NCBI GenBank assembly: GCA_018715765.1
Contig: DVKY01000113.1
Location: forward strand, 2,282-66,281
DNA length: 64,000 nt
Direction of reading: 5' to 3'
DNA from: Candidatus Fimivicinus intestinavium
GTDB lineage: Bacteria > Bacillota > Clostridia > Oscillospirales > Acutalibacteraceae
This document shows, piece by piece, positions 1-9,125 of the stretch; position 1 is the stretch's first letter, and each line of letters opens with the position of its first letter. The notes beneath the pieces are model-generated. The model saw only the letters and a list, made by a program, of their open reading frames with translations, ran no database searches and was not told the DNA's origin. The translations under genes were made by a program, and so were the position numbers.

Positions 1-212
1 AGTTTGACCTGCTGGTTTTTCTCGCCTCCAACCCCAACATTGTTTTCAGCAAAAATACGCTTTTCGACCGCATCTGGGGCTTTGACGCGATCGGGGAAAC
101 CTCTACCGTGACCGTGCACATCAACCGCATCCGGGAAAAAATTGAGGACGACAGCTCTAACCCGCAATATATTGAAACCGTATGGGGAGCCGGTTATCGT
201 TTCAAGCTGTAA
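1..212 (+). CDS. Response regulator, C-terminal OmpR/PhoB-type winged-helix domain (5' end cut by window edge)
   Basis: Frame-3 translation ...FDRIWGFDAIGETSTVTVHINRIREKIEDDSSNPQYIETVWGAGYRFKL* carries the typical trans_reg_C ending (VxGxGYRF). Stop codon at 210-212. Confidence 0.85.
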   Translation, partial: FDLLVFLASNPNIVFSKNTLFDRIWGFDAIGETSTVTVHINRIREKIEDDSSNPQYIETVWGAGYRFKL

Positions 213-468
213 CTGTCAAATTAAGAAGTCGCATAGCAATATTTTAGATTTTTTTAATGGTTTCTTTGTATGAAGTTAAGGAATCACGGCTATACTATAG
301 ACACAGTGTAGCTGAGGTGGTTGTCAGCGAGCACTGTGGATTCGTTTTCTTCTCTCTCTCTTTTTCAATCGCCTGGGGTTACCCAAGGCGATTGAACCCT
401 TTTATGGGGGTTTGTAGGCATTAGATGTTAGATGGGAAAGCCGAGGGGCCTCTGCCTCAAACCAGACG

Positions 469-500
469 AACGGGCAGCGCGTTTGCGCCGCCCGTTTTTT
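469..500 (+). terminator. Intrinsic terminator-like hairpin plus T6
   Basis: aacgggcagcgc / gttt / gcgccgcccgtt forms a 12-bp stem with 1 mismatch, followed by tttttt. The T-run exists only on the + strand. Confidence 0.6.
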
Positions 501-513
501 ATGTACTGAGCTG

Positions 514-744
514 TTAGTCGTCCGTATGTTTTAACAGGTTTTCCTGCATCCGGAAGATCATCTCCCTGCGGCGCAGCTCTTCTTCCGCGTCCAGACGAAT
601 TACGCCGTTATCCTCTACCCTCAGGATATTTCCGGGCCTCACGCCGGGGGGCAGGAGGCTTCGTTTTATGGTGACCATGGAGCAATCCTCCCGCTCGCAG
701 ACGGCAAGCTCCCCCTCAAACCGATCGATTATCAGCGTTTGCAT
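514..744 (-). CDS. DUF3006-like small protein
   Basis: MQTLIIDRFEGELAVCERED... N-terminus is typical of DUF3006. SD ggagagggga lies upstream of the ATG at 744. The longer ORF to 837 has no SD. Sits next to an MBL-fold gene, which is the usual partner. Confidence 0.7.
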   Translation of the reverse strand: MQTLIIDRFEGELAVCEREDCSMVTIKRSLLPPGVRPGNILRVEDNGVIRLDAEEELRRREMIFRMQENLLKHTDD

Positions 745-785
745 TCCAATCCCCTCTCCCGCACCTTTTGCAGCGAAGCCTCCGC

Positions 786-1769
786 CTAGGCGGCCCGCCG
801 GGCGGTCAGCTCCTGCTCTGATTTTTCTGTCGCGCAATACAAAGTGCTGCCATCGCTGCCAAACACAACCGTGCCGTCCTGATCCGTGCGAAACGGCGTA
901 ATCCCGCGCCGTTCCAGCTTCTCAAGCGTTTCCTCGTGCGGGTGACCGTAATCATTGCCCTTGCCGCAGGAGATCACGCAGAAAGCCGGCTGGACCCGCG
1001 CAAGGAAGTCAGTGCCGGTGGAGGTATCACTGCCGTGATGGCCAATTTTCAGCACATCGGCATGCACATCCATGCCCTGCTCCAGCATCGCGCTCTCCGC
1101 CGGCGTTTCCGCATCCCCCGTAAACAAGAAGGAGGTGGAGCCAAAATCCAGGCGGGCCACAACAGACATATTGTTTAAATCATCGTTCTGCCGGCAGGGG
1201 CCGAGGATCGTCAATACGGCCTGCCGGCCGGCATAGGTCTCGCCCGGCCTTGCCGCAATCACTTTCGCGCCGGCATCGCCCGCCGCCTTCAGAAAATCCT
1301 CGTAAACCCGTGTAGTGGGCGTGCTCTCCCGCGTCAGCTCCGGTATGATTATATTTGCCGCAGGGATCTCCTCCAGCACCTCCGACATGCTCCCGATGTG
1401 GTCGGAATGCGGATGTGTGGCGATCACATAATCCAGACGTTTTATCCCCTGAGAGGTAAGATAGGAGACAATTTTATCGCCATTGCCCCGCTCCCCCGCG
1501 TCAATGAGCACATTGAGGCTCTCCGCCTTAATGAGGATCGAGTCGCCCTGCCCAACATCGATATAGTGGACGGAAAGCGGCTGCTGCGCCGCCTCGGAAA
1601 GCTCTGTCAGCTGTGCGCTGCTGAAAATCTCCTGCCAGGTGGGCACGGCAAACGGAAGATTCAGCTGGGGCGCGACCGTGATGAAGGCGCATATCAGCAC
1701 CACAAGCGCGCCAAAAGCCTTAACCGCGGTGCGTTTTCTGCGTGTTGACCGGCTTTTTCGTTTTGCCAT
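786..1769 (-). CDS. MBL-fold metallo-hydrolase, ComEC C-terminal-domain-like, with N-terminal signal anchor
   Basis: HPHSDH metal-binding motif (ATHPHSDHIG) and a later GHHGS. N-terminus is basic then hydrophobic (MAKRKSRSTRRKRTAVKAFGALVVLICAFITV). SD aggaag precedes the ATG at 1769. The track ORF extension to 2009 is Arg-rich and judged spurious. Confidence 0.8.
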   Translation of the reverse strand: MAKRKSRSTRRKRTAVKAFGALVVLICAFITVAPQLNLPFAVPTWQEIFSSAQLTELSEAAQQPLSVHYIDVGQGDSILIKAESLNVLIDAGERGNGDKIVSYLTSQGIKRLDYVIATHPHSDHIGSMSEVLEEIPAANIIIPELTRESTPTTRVYEDFLKAAGDAGAKVIAARPGETYAGRQAVLTILGPCRQNDDLNNMSVVARLDFGSTSFLFTGDAETPAESAMLEQGMDVHADVLKIGHHGSDTSTGTDFLARVQPAFCVISCGKGNDYGHPHEETLEKLERRGITPFRTDQDGTVVFGSDGSTLYCATEKSEQELTARRAA

Positions 1770-3621
1770 TTTTACTTCTTCCTTTCCCGTAATACGCTCT
1801 GCCAGAGGGCTGGCGAGCTCCGCCGGACGCCTGCGCGCGGATGAGGCATTTCTCCCCGTCGCCAATGAGATCGGCCCGCCCGGCGCGGCGCAGCGCCTCC
1901 TCCACAAGCGCACGGTTCTGCGGCTTGAAATATTGCAGCAGCGCACGCTGGAGTGCTTTTTCCTTTGGCGTGCGCGCCACATAGACCTCCTCCATTGTGT
2001 ATGGGTCAAGCCCTGTGTAGAACATGCAGGTGGAAATGGTGCCCGGCGTGGGATAAAAATCCTGCACCTGCTCCGGACGCAGCTTCTCCCGCTTTAAGAA
2101 CAGCGCGAGCTCCACCGCATCCTTCAACGTACTGCCCGGATGGGAGGACATCAGATACGGCACAAGATACTGCTCCTTGCCAATCTGTTTGGTATACGCA
2201 AAATACCGCTTTGCAAAACGCAGGTAAGCCTCGATATGCGGCTTGCCCATCTTATCCAGCACGGCGGCAGAGCAGTGCTCAGGCGCTACCTTGAGCTGCC
2301 CGCTGACGTGATGCTCCACCAGCTCGCGGAAGAAGCTGTCATCCTGATCCTCAAGCAGGTAATCATACCGAATACCGGAGCGGATGAACACCTTTTTCAC
2401 CCCATCCATCGAGCGGACGGAGCGCAGGATATCGAGATATTCACTCTGATCCGCCTTCAGCTGCGGGCAGGGCTTGGGCGCCAGGCACTTTTTCCCCTTA
2501 CACAAGCCGTTTTTCTCCTGCAAATCGCAGGAGGGGCGGCGGAAATTGGCCGTGGGCCCGCCAATATCATGGATATACCCCTTGAAGCCCGGCTGCTGTG
2601 TGAGCAGCTTTGCCTCCGCAAGAATGGAGGCCTTGCTGCGCGTGGTCACATACCGCCCCTGATGAAAGGCGAGCGAACAAAAATTGCACGCGCCGAAGCA
2701 ACCGCGGTTATGTGTGATGGAGAATTCCACCTCCTGAAGCCCCGGCACGCCGCCGAGCGGCTCATAGGAAGGATGGTAAGTACGCATATAGGGCAGCGCA
2801 TACACGCGGTCGAGCTCCTCCTGAGAGAGCGGGATTGCGGGCGGATTCTGCACCAGCATCCGCCCGCCGTGCCGCTGCTTGAGCAGCCTGCCGCGGATAT
2901 GATCCTGCTCATCCTGCTGGATGCGGCAGGAGACCACATACTCCCGCTTGGAACGGCACACATTTTCAAAGGAGGGGCACTCCTTCCCATATAACGGCGT
3001 TTCGCGCACATCGACTGCATAACAGGTGCCGCGGATATCCGTCAGCGAGGAGACCGGCTCGCCGGCATCCAGCCGCCGGGCAATCTCTACAATCTGCCGC
3101 TCCCCCATGCCGTAGATCAGCAGATCTGCGCCGGAATCAAACAAAATGGAGGGGTGAATTGCATCCTCCCAATAATCATAGTGCGCAAAACGCCTGAGGG
3201 ATGCCTCTAGGCCGCCGATTACCAGCGGAAGCCCGGCCCCGTAAGCCTCGCGGATACGCCTGCAATAAACGCTTACCGCACGATCCGGCCGTCTGCCCGC
3301 CTTGCCGCCTGGGGTGTAAGCATCCTCGCTGCGCTTTTTCTTTGCCGCCGTGTAGTGGGCGACCATAGAATCAATGTTGCCGGATGAAACCAGAAACCCG
3401 AGGCGCGGCTGCCCAAACCTCATAAAATCCGCCGTGCTGCGCCAATCCGGCTGGGAAAGCATCGCCACCCGAAAGCCCGCAGCCTCCAGCACGCGGGTGA
3501 TAATCGCCGCGCCGAAGCTCGGGTGATCCACATAAGCATCGCCGGAAACGTAGACAAAATCCGGCCGCTCCCAGCCGCAGCGCTCCATTTCCGCCTTAGT
3601 CACAGGCAAAAAAGAATGCAT
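1720..3621 (-). CDS. ygiQ: YgiQ-family radical SAM protein (UPF0313)
   Basis: N-terminus FLPVTKAEMERCGWERPDFVYVSGDAYVDHPSFG and the CxxxCxxC-type cluster (GCFGACNFCS) are characteristic. Lys/Gly-rich tail. ATG at 3621 has SD GAGG 6 nt upstream; a GTG at 3633 is possible. Confidence 0.85.
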   Translation of the reverse strand: MHSFLPVTKAEMERCGWERPDFVYVSGDAYVDHPSFGAAIITRVLEAAGFRVAMLSQPDWRSTADFMRFGQPRLGFLVSSGNIDSMVAHYTAAKKKRSEDAYTPGGKAGRRPDRAVSVYCRRIREAYGAGLPLVIGGLEASLRRFAHYDYWEDAIHPSILFDSGADLLIYGMGERQIVEIARRLDAGEPVSSLTDIRGTCYAVDVRETPLYGKECPSFENVCRSKREYVVSCRIQQDEQDHIRGRLLKQRHGGRMLVQNPPAIPLSQEELDRVYALPYMRTYHPSYEPLGGVPGLQEVEFSITHNRGCFGACNFCSLAFHQGRYVTTRSKASILAEAKLLTQQPGFKGYIHDIGGPTANFRRPSCDLQEKNGLCKGKKCLAPKPCPQLKADQSEYLDILRSVRSMDGVKKVFIRSGIRYDYLLEDQDDSFFRELVEHHVSGQLKVAPEHCSAAVLDKMGKPHIEAYLRFAKRYFAYTKQIGKEQYLVPYLMSSHPGSTLKDAVELALFLKREKLRPEQVQDFYPTPGTISTCMFYTGLDPYTMEEVYVARTPKEKALQRALLQYFKPQNRALVEEALRRAGRADLIGDGEKCLIRAQASGGARQPSGRAYYGKGRSKNGKTKKPVNTQKTHRG

Positions 3622-3637
3622 AGTCAGCCTCACTTTA

Positions 3638-5170
3638 TTATTCCATAAACTTTTTCAGCGGCGTCAAATCCAGCTCGCCGCAATCCTTTAACACTTCATA
3701 CAGCCGGTGCGCAATCATCATCACGCCGCCCATGGAATCGCTTTCGATATTCAGCGGCATGATTGGGTCGTGCACGCTCAGCCGCAGCAAGAACCAGCCA
3801 TCGCCATGCGATTTGTCAAAGGAGACGCGGATCCCCTCATAATTATCCGGCGCGATCTGCCAATCCGCCTGGCTGCGCGCATACGCTTCCACTTTACCGA
3901 TCACCTGCTCGCCATAGGCCTTAAAATCCTCGCACAGGATCGGCATGCGGAATTCCCGGCTCTCCAGCGGCTCCTCCAGCATGGCGATGAGATCCTCCAG
4001 ATGCCTGCCGGTTTTCCCGAGCTGCGCCATTTTGATGATGATGCGGGTCATCAGGTAAGCGCCGTCATCCAGAAAATAATTCTCCCGCAGCGCCGCATGG
4101 CCTGAGGTCTCGATTGCAAGCGGCGTATTGACGCCCTGGGCCGTCAGCCGCTGCGCTTCGTCGATCACATTTTTATAGCCGCGCTTAAAGCGATGGTGCT
4201 TGCCGCCCAGCTCCTGCTCGATGAACAGCTTCAGCCCGCTGGAGGTGATGGAATCCGTCACGATCGTGCCGCCCTCATTTTCCTCCAGGGCGATGCTGGC
4301 GGCCAAAGCAACGAGGCGGTTGCGGTTAATTTCCCTGCCGTTGTGATCCACACAGCCCGCACGATCCACATCCGTGTCAAAAATCACGCCAAGATCCGCC
4401 TTGTTTTGCAGCGTGGCCTTGCAGATGCTCTGCATGGCCGCTTCATTCTCCGGGTTGGGGATGTGGTTCGGAAAATGCCCGTCCGGCTCCAGGAACTGGC
4501 TGCCCGAAATATCCGCCCCCAGAGGGGCAAGCACCTTCTCCGCATAAAAGCCGCCCACCCCGTTGCCAGCATCTACAACGATGTGGTAGCCGCGCAGCGG
4601 GCGCTCATAATCATCCGCATTGACGCCCCGGCAGATGGTCTCCCGCAGGGAGGCTGCATAATCGTTCATAAAGGAGACCTGCTCCACCGAGCCCCGGCCG
4701 GACGCGGGCAGCTTCTCCGCATTCTGGGCAAACAGCAGAATTGCCTCAATATCCGTGCCCTCCAGGCCGCCGCCGCGGGTAAAAAATTTCAGCCCGTTGC
4801 GTGGCCATGGGTGGTGGCTGGCCGTGATCTGTACCGCAGCGTCGCAGCCAAGCTGCACCGTCGTCATAAACATGGCCGGCGTAGAGGACAGCCCGCAGTC
4901 CTTGACGGTAAAGCCGGCATCCACCAAAGCGTCGATCACCTGCTTTTTGATCCGGCCGGCGGAGAGCCGGGAATCATGCCCCACCGAAACGGTGAACCGC
5001 TCCTTGGTCATCCGCCGGGCAAGCCAGCAGGCAAATCCCATCGCCATGCGGTAAACCGCCTCGTCCGTCAGGTTGACGGGCTCGCCGCCCTGCGATTCCA
5101 TCGCCACCCCGCGGATATCCGTTCCGCTTTTGAATTGCTTCCACTCTTTTGTCAGCTGCGCCGTCTCCAT
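3638..5170 (-). CDS. Phosphohexomutase family protein (phosphomannomutase/phosphoglucomutase)
   Basis: Active-site loop ITASHHPWPRNGLKF (TASHNP-type phosphoserine loop) and metal loop FDTDVDR. Start chosen at 5170 (METAQL..., SD AGAGG 9 nt upstream). The ATG at 5191 directly abuts a terminator hairpin and has no SD. Confidence 0.8.
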   Translation of the reverse strand: METAQLTKEWKQFKSGTDIRGVAMESQGGEPVNLTDEAVYRMAMGFACWLARRMTKERFTVSVGHDSRLSAGRIKKQVIDALVDAGFTVKDCGLSSTPAMFMTTVQLGCDAAVQITASHHPWPRNGLKFFTRGGGLEGTDIEAILLFAQNAEKLPASGRGSVEQVSFMNDYAASLRETICRGVNADDYERPLRGYHIVVDAGNGVGGFYAEKVLAPLGADISGSQFLEPDGHFPNHIPNPENEAAMQSICKATLQNKADLGVIFDTDVDRAGCVDHNGREINRNRLVALAASIALEENEGGTIVTDSITSSGLKLFIEQELGGKHHRFKRGYKNVIDEAQRLTAQGVNTPLAIETSGHAALRENYFLDDGAYLMTRIIIKMAQLGKTGRHLEDLIAMLEEPLESREFRMPILCEDFKAYGEQVIGKVEAYARSQADWQIAPDNYEGIRVSFDKSHGDGWFLLRLSVHDPIMPLNIESDSMGGVMMIAHRLYEVLKDCGELDLTPLKKFME

Positions 5171-5194
5171 ATGCAAAAACCTCTTTTCCATATC

Positions 5195-5225
5195 AAAACC
5201 GCCCGCTCCACCTGGCGGGCTTTTT
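5195..5225. terminator. Bidirectional terminator-like hairpin downstream of argS
   Basis: gcccgc (5201-5206) pairs with gcgggc (5215-5220). Flanked by aaaacc on one side and ttttt on the other. Confidence 0.5.
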
Positions 5226-5416
5226 AACGTTCCTTACCCTTTATTTTACCTGTTTTTTTCGCATTCGTCCACTGTTTTTACTGGAAATAGACGGACGGCT
5301 GCGCCGGCGCTCCCAAAGCGCTGCACAGCCGCCTCTTCCGACCGTTTTTTCATTATTTTTCTGTGGGACCCTGGCACAAAGCCGCACGCCATCGCGCCGT
5401 TTCCCACTGCTGATTG

Positions 5417-7174
5417 CTACATATGATCGACCGGCTCGATGCCCAACACCTTTAAATGAAGCTCCAAAACCCGCTTGGTCAGCGCCATCAGGGCGATCCA
5501 ATCCCGACGTTTCTGCAAATCCGGCTCGCTCAGCACATGGTTGTCGTGATAAAAGCGGGAAAACAGGGAGGCAATCTGGTAGGCATGCTCGCAAATCTCA
5601 TTGGGCGCTCTTTCGCTGATGGCACGGCAAAAAACATCCCCGCTCAGCAGCAGCTGTGTGAGGAGCATCCGCTCCGTATCGCTGTAAAAATGTGCAGGCG
5701 CAGGCGCCGGGGCATCCCCAGCCTTTTCTAGAACAGAGCAGATCCTTGTGATGGTATAGAGCAGATAGGTACCGGTTTTCCCCTCGAAGGAAAGGAATTT
5801 TTCTAAATCAAAAATATAGTCCTTGGTGCGCTGGTTGATGAGGTCGCCAAATTTGATGGCGGCTACGCCAATTTTGCGGGCGCACTCTTCCTGCTCCCCA
5901 TCCGTAAGGAAGGACGAATTTTCCATTTTTTCCCGCGCTGCCGCTATAACCGTATGGATCAGATCCTCCAGGCGCATCACACCGCCGTCGCGCGTTTTAT
6001 AAGGTTTCCCATCCGGGCCGTTCATGGTGCCGAAGCCCAGGAATTGAAGCTCCGTATCCAGGGGAATGATCCCAGCTTTTTTCGCGCAGCGGAATACCTG
6101 GGTAAAATGCAGGCTCTGGCGGTTATCCACCACATACCAGATGCGATCCGGTGCAAAATCCCGCTGGCGCTGCAAAAGTGTGGCAAGATCCGTCGTGGCA
6201 TAGATATTAGAATGATCCGATTTTTTCACAATAACGGGGGGGACGGGCGCCTTATCCCCCTCCTGCGCCACATCGACCACCAGAGCGCCGTCGCTCAGGC
6301 GCAGAAGATGCTTCTCCTCCAATATCCGCATCAGCTCCGGGATATACCGGTCGGAGTTGCTCTCGCCATACCACAGGTCAAAGCTGACGCCAAGCTTTTC
6401 ATAATTTTGCTTCAAATCCGCAACCGAAACGCGCATCAGCTCCTGCCAAAGGGCGCGGTAACCTGCGTGGCCCTCTTGCAGCTTTACCGTTGCCTGCTTT
6501 GCGCGCTCACGGAAGGCGGGATCCTCCTTGCTGCGGGCGCTGGCAAAGGGATACACCTCATTGAGCATGTCCAGATCGAGCGGCGGCGGCGATTCTCTAT
6601 CCGGATGATAATCCGCTGCAAAACAGCGCCACTCTGGATGCCGGTCGGCAAGCTCTGCAATCACCAAGCCGATCTGAAGCCCCCAATCGCCCAAATGGAT
6701 GTCGCCAATCACGCGGTAGCCGCATGCGCGTGCAATGCGTTTGAGTGCTTCCCCGATGATCGCGGAACGCAGATGGCCGATGTGCAAGGGCTTTGCTACA
6801 TTCGGTCCGCCGTAATCGATCAGGATGGTTTCCCCCCGCCCAATTTGCGGAATCCCCATGCTTGAATCCTGAGCCATCTCTTCCGCATAGGCCGCGAGCC
6901 ATTCGTCCCGCGGCGTCAAATTTAAGAAGCCGGGGCCTGCGGGCTCCGCCCTGGAAAAAATCGAGCTGCCCTCCAATGCTGCCGCAACCTCACCGGCGAT
7001 CACCGCCGGGGCTTTGCGATATTGTTTCGCCGCGGCAAACGCACCGTTACATTGGAACGGGCTTAAATCCATCCGGTCCGACACCTGGACGGCGCCATAT
7101 TTCGCCTCATATCCACAGGCGGCAAAAGCGCTGCCAACGCTCTGTGACAAAGCATCTATCATGGTATACAACAA
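5417..7174 (-). CDS. argS: Arginine--tRNA ligase
   Basis: Class I HIGH motif (PLHIGHLRS), ArgRS N-terminal and anticodon-binding layout, 585 aa. The start at 7174 is TTG and abuts the whiA stop. An in-frame ATG at 7162 is an alternative. Confidence 0.9.
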   Translation of the reverse strand: MLYTMIDALSQSVGSAFAACGYEAKYGAVQVSDRMDLSPFQCNGAFAAAKQYRKAPAVIAGEVAAALEGSSIFSRAEPAGPGFLNLTPRDEWLAAYAEEMAQDSSMGIPQIGRGETILIDYGGPNVAKPLHIGHLRSAIIGEALKRIARACGYRVIGDIHLGDWGLQIGLVIAELADRHPEWRCFAADYHPDRESPPPLDLDMLNEVYPFASARSKEDPAFRERAKQATVKLQEGHAGYRALWQELMRVSVADLKQNYEKLGVSFDLWYGESNSDRYIPELMRILEEKHLLRLSDGALVVDVAQEGDKAPVPPVIVKKSDHSNIYATTDLATLLQRQRDFAPDRIWYVVDNRQSLHFTQVFRCAKKAGIIPLDTELQFLGFGTMNGPDGKPYKTRDGGVMRLEDLIHTVIAAAREKMENSSFLTDGEQEECARKIGVAAIKFGDLINQRTKDYIFDLEKFLSFEGKTGTYLLYTITRICSVLEKAGDAPAPAPAHFYSDTERMLLTQLLLSGDVFCRAISERAPNEICEHAYQIASLFSRFYHDNHVLSEPDLQKRRDWIALMALTKRVLELHLKVLGIEPVDHM

Positions 7175-8104
7175 TCATCCATCCTTTTCCGTTTTTGTCT
7201 GCCGCAAGAAGCCGGGCGATGTCTCCTGTGCAATGGAGACCAACCGTCGGAGGCGATGGTTGACGCCGGAGCGGGAGAGCGGCTCAGGAAGCGCCTCCCC
7301 CAGCTCCCGCAGGCTCATTTCCGGGTTTTCGAGCCGGAGCAGCGCAATCTCCTTGAGTTCCTCCGGCAGGGACTCAAGGCCCGCATGATCCCGAATGATT
7401 TCAATTGCGAGCACCTGCTCCGCCGCCGCATTGGCGGTGCGGGAGATATTTGCGGTTTCAAAATTGGTTTTGCGATTGATATTGTTGCGCATATCCTTAT
7501 ACATTTTAATGCCCATCAGCTCCAGCGCAGCGTTCTGCGCACCCATGAAGGTGAGCGTCTCTTCGATGCGTTCGCTATCCTTACAATAGACCACATGGCT
7601 GCCCTTGCGCTCCAGCTGCTTGGGCGCAAAAGACAATTCATCCAGAAGCTTTGCCAGATCGCGGCTGATATAGCGGTAAGGCACGACAAACTCCAAATGA
7701 TAATCCTTCTCCGGATCCGTCAATGTTCCACAGGCGAGAAAAGCGCCGCGAATCAGCGCCGCCATGCAGCAATCGCCCCCCAGGTTGGCCCGGTTGATCC
7801 GCAGGGTAAGCGCCCCCCGCTCATGCCCAAAGGCGTGCATGACCTGCTCCCGCTGGGCAGCCGTATGGACAAAAACCTTGTATTTCCCCGAGGCGGATTG
7901 CGTCAGCTGCGCCTCCACCCCAGTTTGCGTAAGGATCCCATCGTGATACAATTGCGCAATCTGCTGCATATCCGTCTGCATGGAAATCTCCGCAAACGAA
8001 AAGGCTCTGCTGAACAGCAGCAGGCCATATGCCTGCGCGTGCGCGCAGCAGGGCGTGTTTTCCACAGCGGCCAATTCCGCTTTCACCTGTGATGAAAATG
8101 ACAT
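7175..8104 (-). CDS. whiA: DNA-binding protein WhiA
   Basis: MSFSSQVKAELA... N-terminus, degenerate LAGLIDADG-like middle region, C-terminal HTH (LSRSGVNHRLRRL). SD AAGGAG lies 7 nt before the ATG at 8104. Confidence 0.9.
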   Translation of the reverse strand: MSFSSQVKAELAAVENTPCCAHAQAYGLLLFSRAFSFAEISMQTDMQQIAQLYHDGILTQTGVEAQLTQSASGKYKVFVHTAAQREQVMHAFGHERGALTLRINRANLGGDCCMAALIRGAFLACGTLTDPEKDYHLEFVVPYRYISRDLAKLLDELSFAPKQLERKGSHVVYCKDSERIEETLTFMGAQNAALELMGIKMYKDMRNNINRKTNFETANISRTANAAAEQVLAIEIIRDHAGLESLPEELKEIALLRLENPEMSLRELGEALPEPLSRSGVNHRLRRLVSIAQETSPGFLRQTKTEKDG

Positions 8105-8243
8105 AACCGACTCCTTACCCCTTTTGACTGAGCTCCCTTTCCCCGCAGGAAAGAGGGCGTCCCAATTGGATCCCCTAAAGCATTTGCGCCGCATGTGGAG
8201 ATTCCTCTTTTATGGCTTCTCTCTGAAATCTGACGCCATCACT

Positions 8244-9107
8244 CTATTTTTTAATATCCCGGTGCTGGATGCTGACGCGCAGCCCCTGCTTTGAAAAATG
8301 CTCCGACAAAAGCTCGGCGAACACCACGGAACGATGGCGCCCGCCCGTGCAGCCCACCGCGATGACCAGTTGGCTTTTGCCCTCATTGCGGTAAAGCGGC
8401 ACCAGATAATCCACCAGCGACATCAGCTTCGGCACCAGGCCCTGCGCCTGCGGCCACTTCATGACAAACTCCCGTACAGGCGCCTCCAGCCCGGTATGGG
8501 CCTTGAGCTCGTCCACATAAAAGGGATTTGGCAGACAGCGCACGTCAAAAACCAAATCTGATTCATTCGGTATGCCATATTTAAAGCCAAAGGATACGCA
8601 GTGGATCTGCATGATCCGGGCCGAATCCTCCAGAAACATGCCGGCAATCCGCTCGCGGAACTGCGTGGTGGTATATTGGGAGCTGTCTACAATATAATCG
8701 GCGCGCTGACGGGCCGGGGCGAGAATGGCGCGCTCGGCTTCAATCGCATCGTCGATTGAGCCATTCGCCTTATCGGACAGCGGGTGCTTGCGTCGCGTTT
8801 CCTTATAGCGGCGGCGAATAACCTCATTGCTCGCCTCAATAAACAGCAGCTTATAATCGCACCCCATCGCCTTGAGCTCATCCAGTGATTCCAGAAAATC
8901 GTCAAAAAAATTCCCGGCGCGGATATCTGTGACCACTGCAACCTTATCCCGTTTTTCCTGTGATTGGAGAATCAACTGCGCAAAGGTACGAATCAGCTTC
9001 GGCGGAATATTATCCACGCAGAAAAAGCCGATATCCTCCAGCGCGTCTACCGCACGGGATTTACCCGCGCCGGACATACCGGTAATAATGACAAAATCCA
9101 TCTTCAT
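8244..9107 (-). CDS. rapZ: RNase adapter protein RapZ (YvcJ-type P-loop NTPase)
   Basis: Walker A GMSGAGKS at the N-terminus, conserved C-terminal CTGGRHRSV motif, 287 aa. Confidence 0.9.
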   Translation of the reverse strand: MKMDFVIITGMSGAGKSRAVDALEDIGFFCVDNIPPKLIRTFAQLILQSQEKRDKVAVVTDIRAGNFFDDFLESLDELKAMGCDYKLLFIEASNEVIRRRYKETRRKHPLSDKANGSIDDAIEAERAILAPARQRADYIVDSSQYTTTQFRERIAGMFLEDSARIMQIHCVSFGFKYGIPNESDLVFDVRCLPNPFYVDELKAHTGLEAPVREFVMKWPQAQGLVPKLMSLVDYLVPLYRNEGKSQLVIAVGCTGGRHRSVVFAELLSEHFSKQGLRVSIQHRDIKK

Positions 9108-9125
9108 TCCCCTTTTTACTCCGGC

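Noticed and set aside
786-2009. Long N-terminal extensions in the ORF track (e.g. 786-2009, 514-837, 13619-15244, 20203-20700, 23282-24418, 37443-39020, 49454-50308)
   Set aside because: In each case an internal ATG or GTG with a strong SD gives a product whose N-terminus matches the family or a signal anchor. The upstream extension overlaps the neighbouring gene or is Arg-rich read-through of GC-rich DNA.
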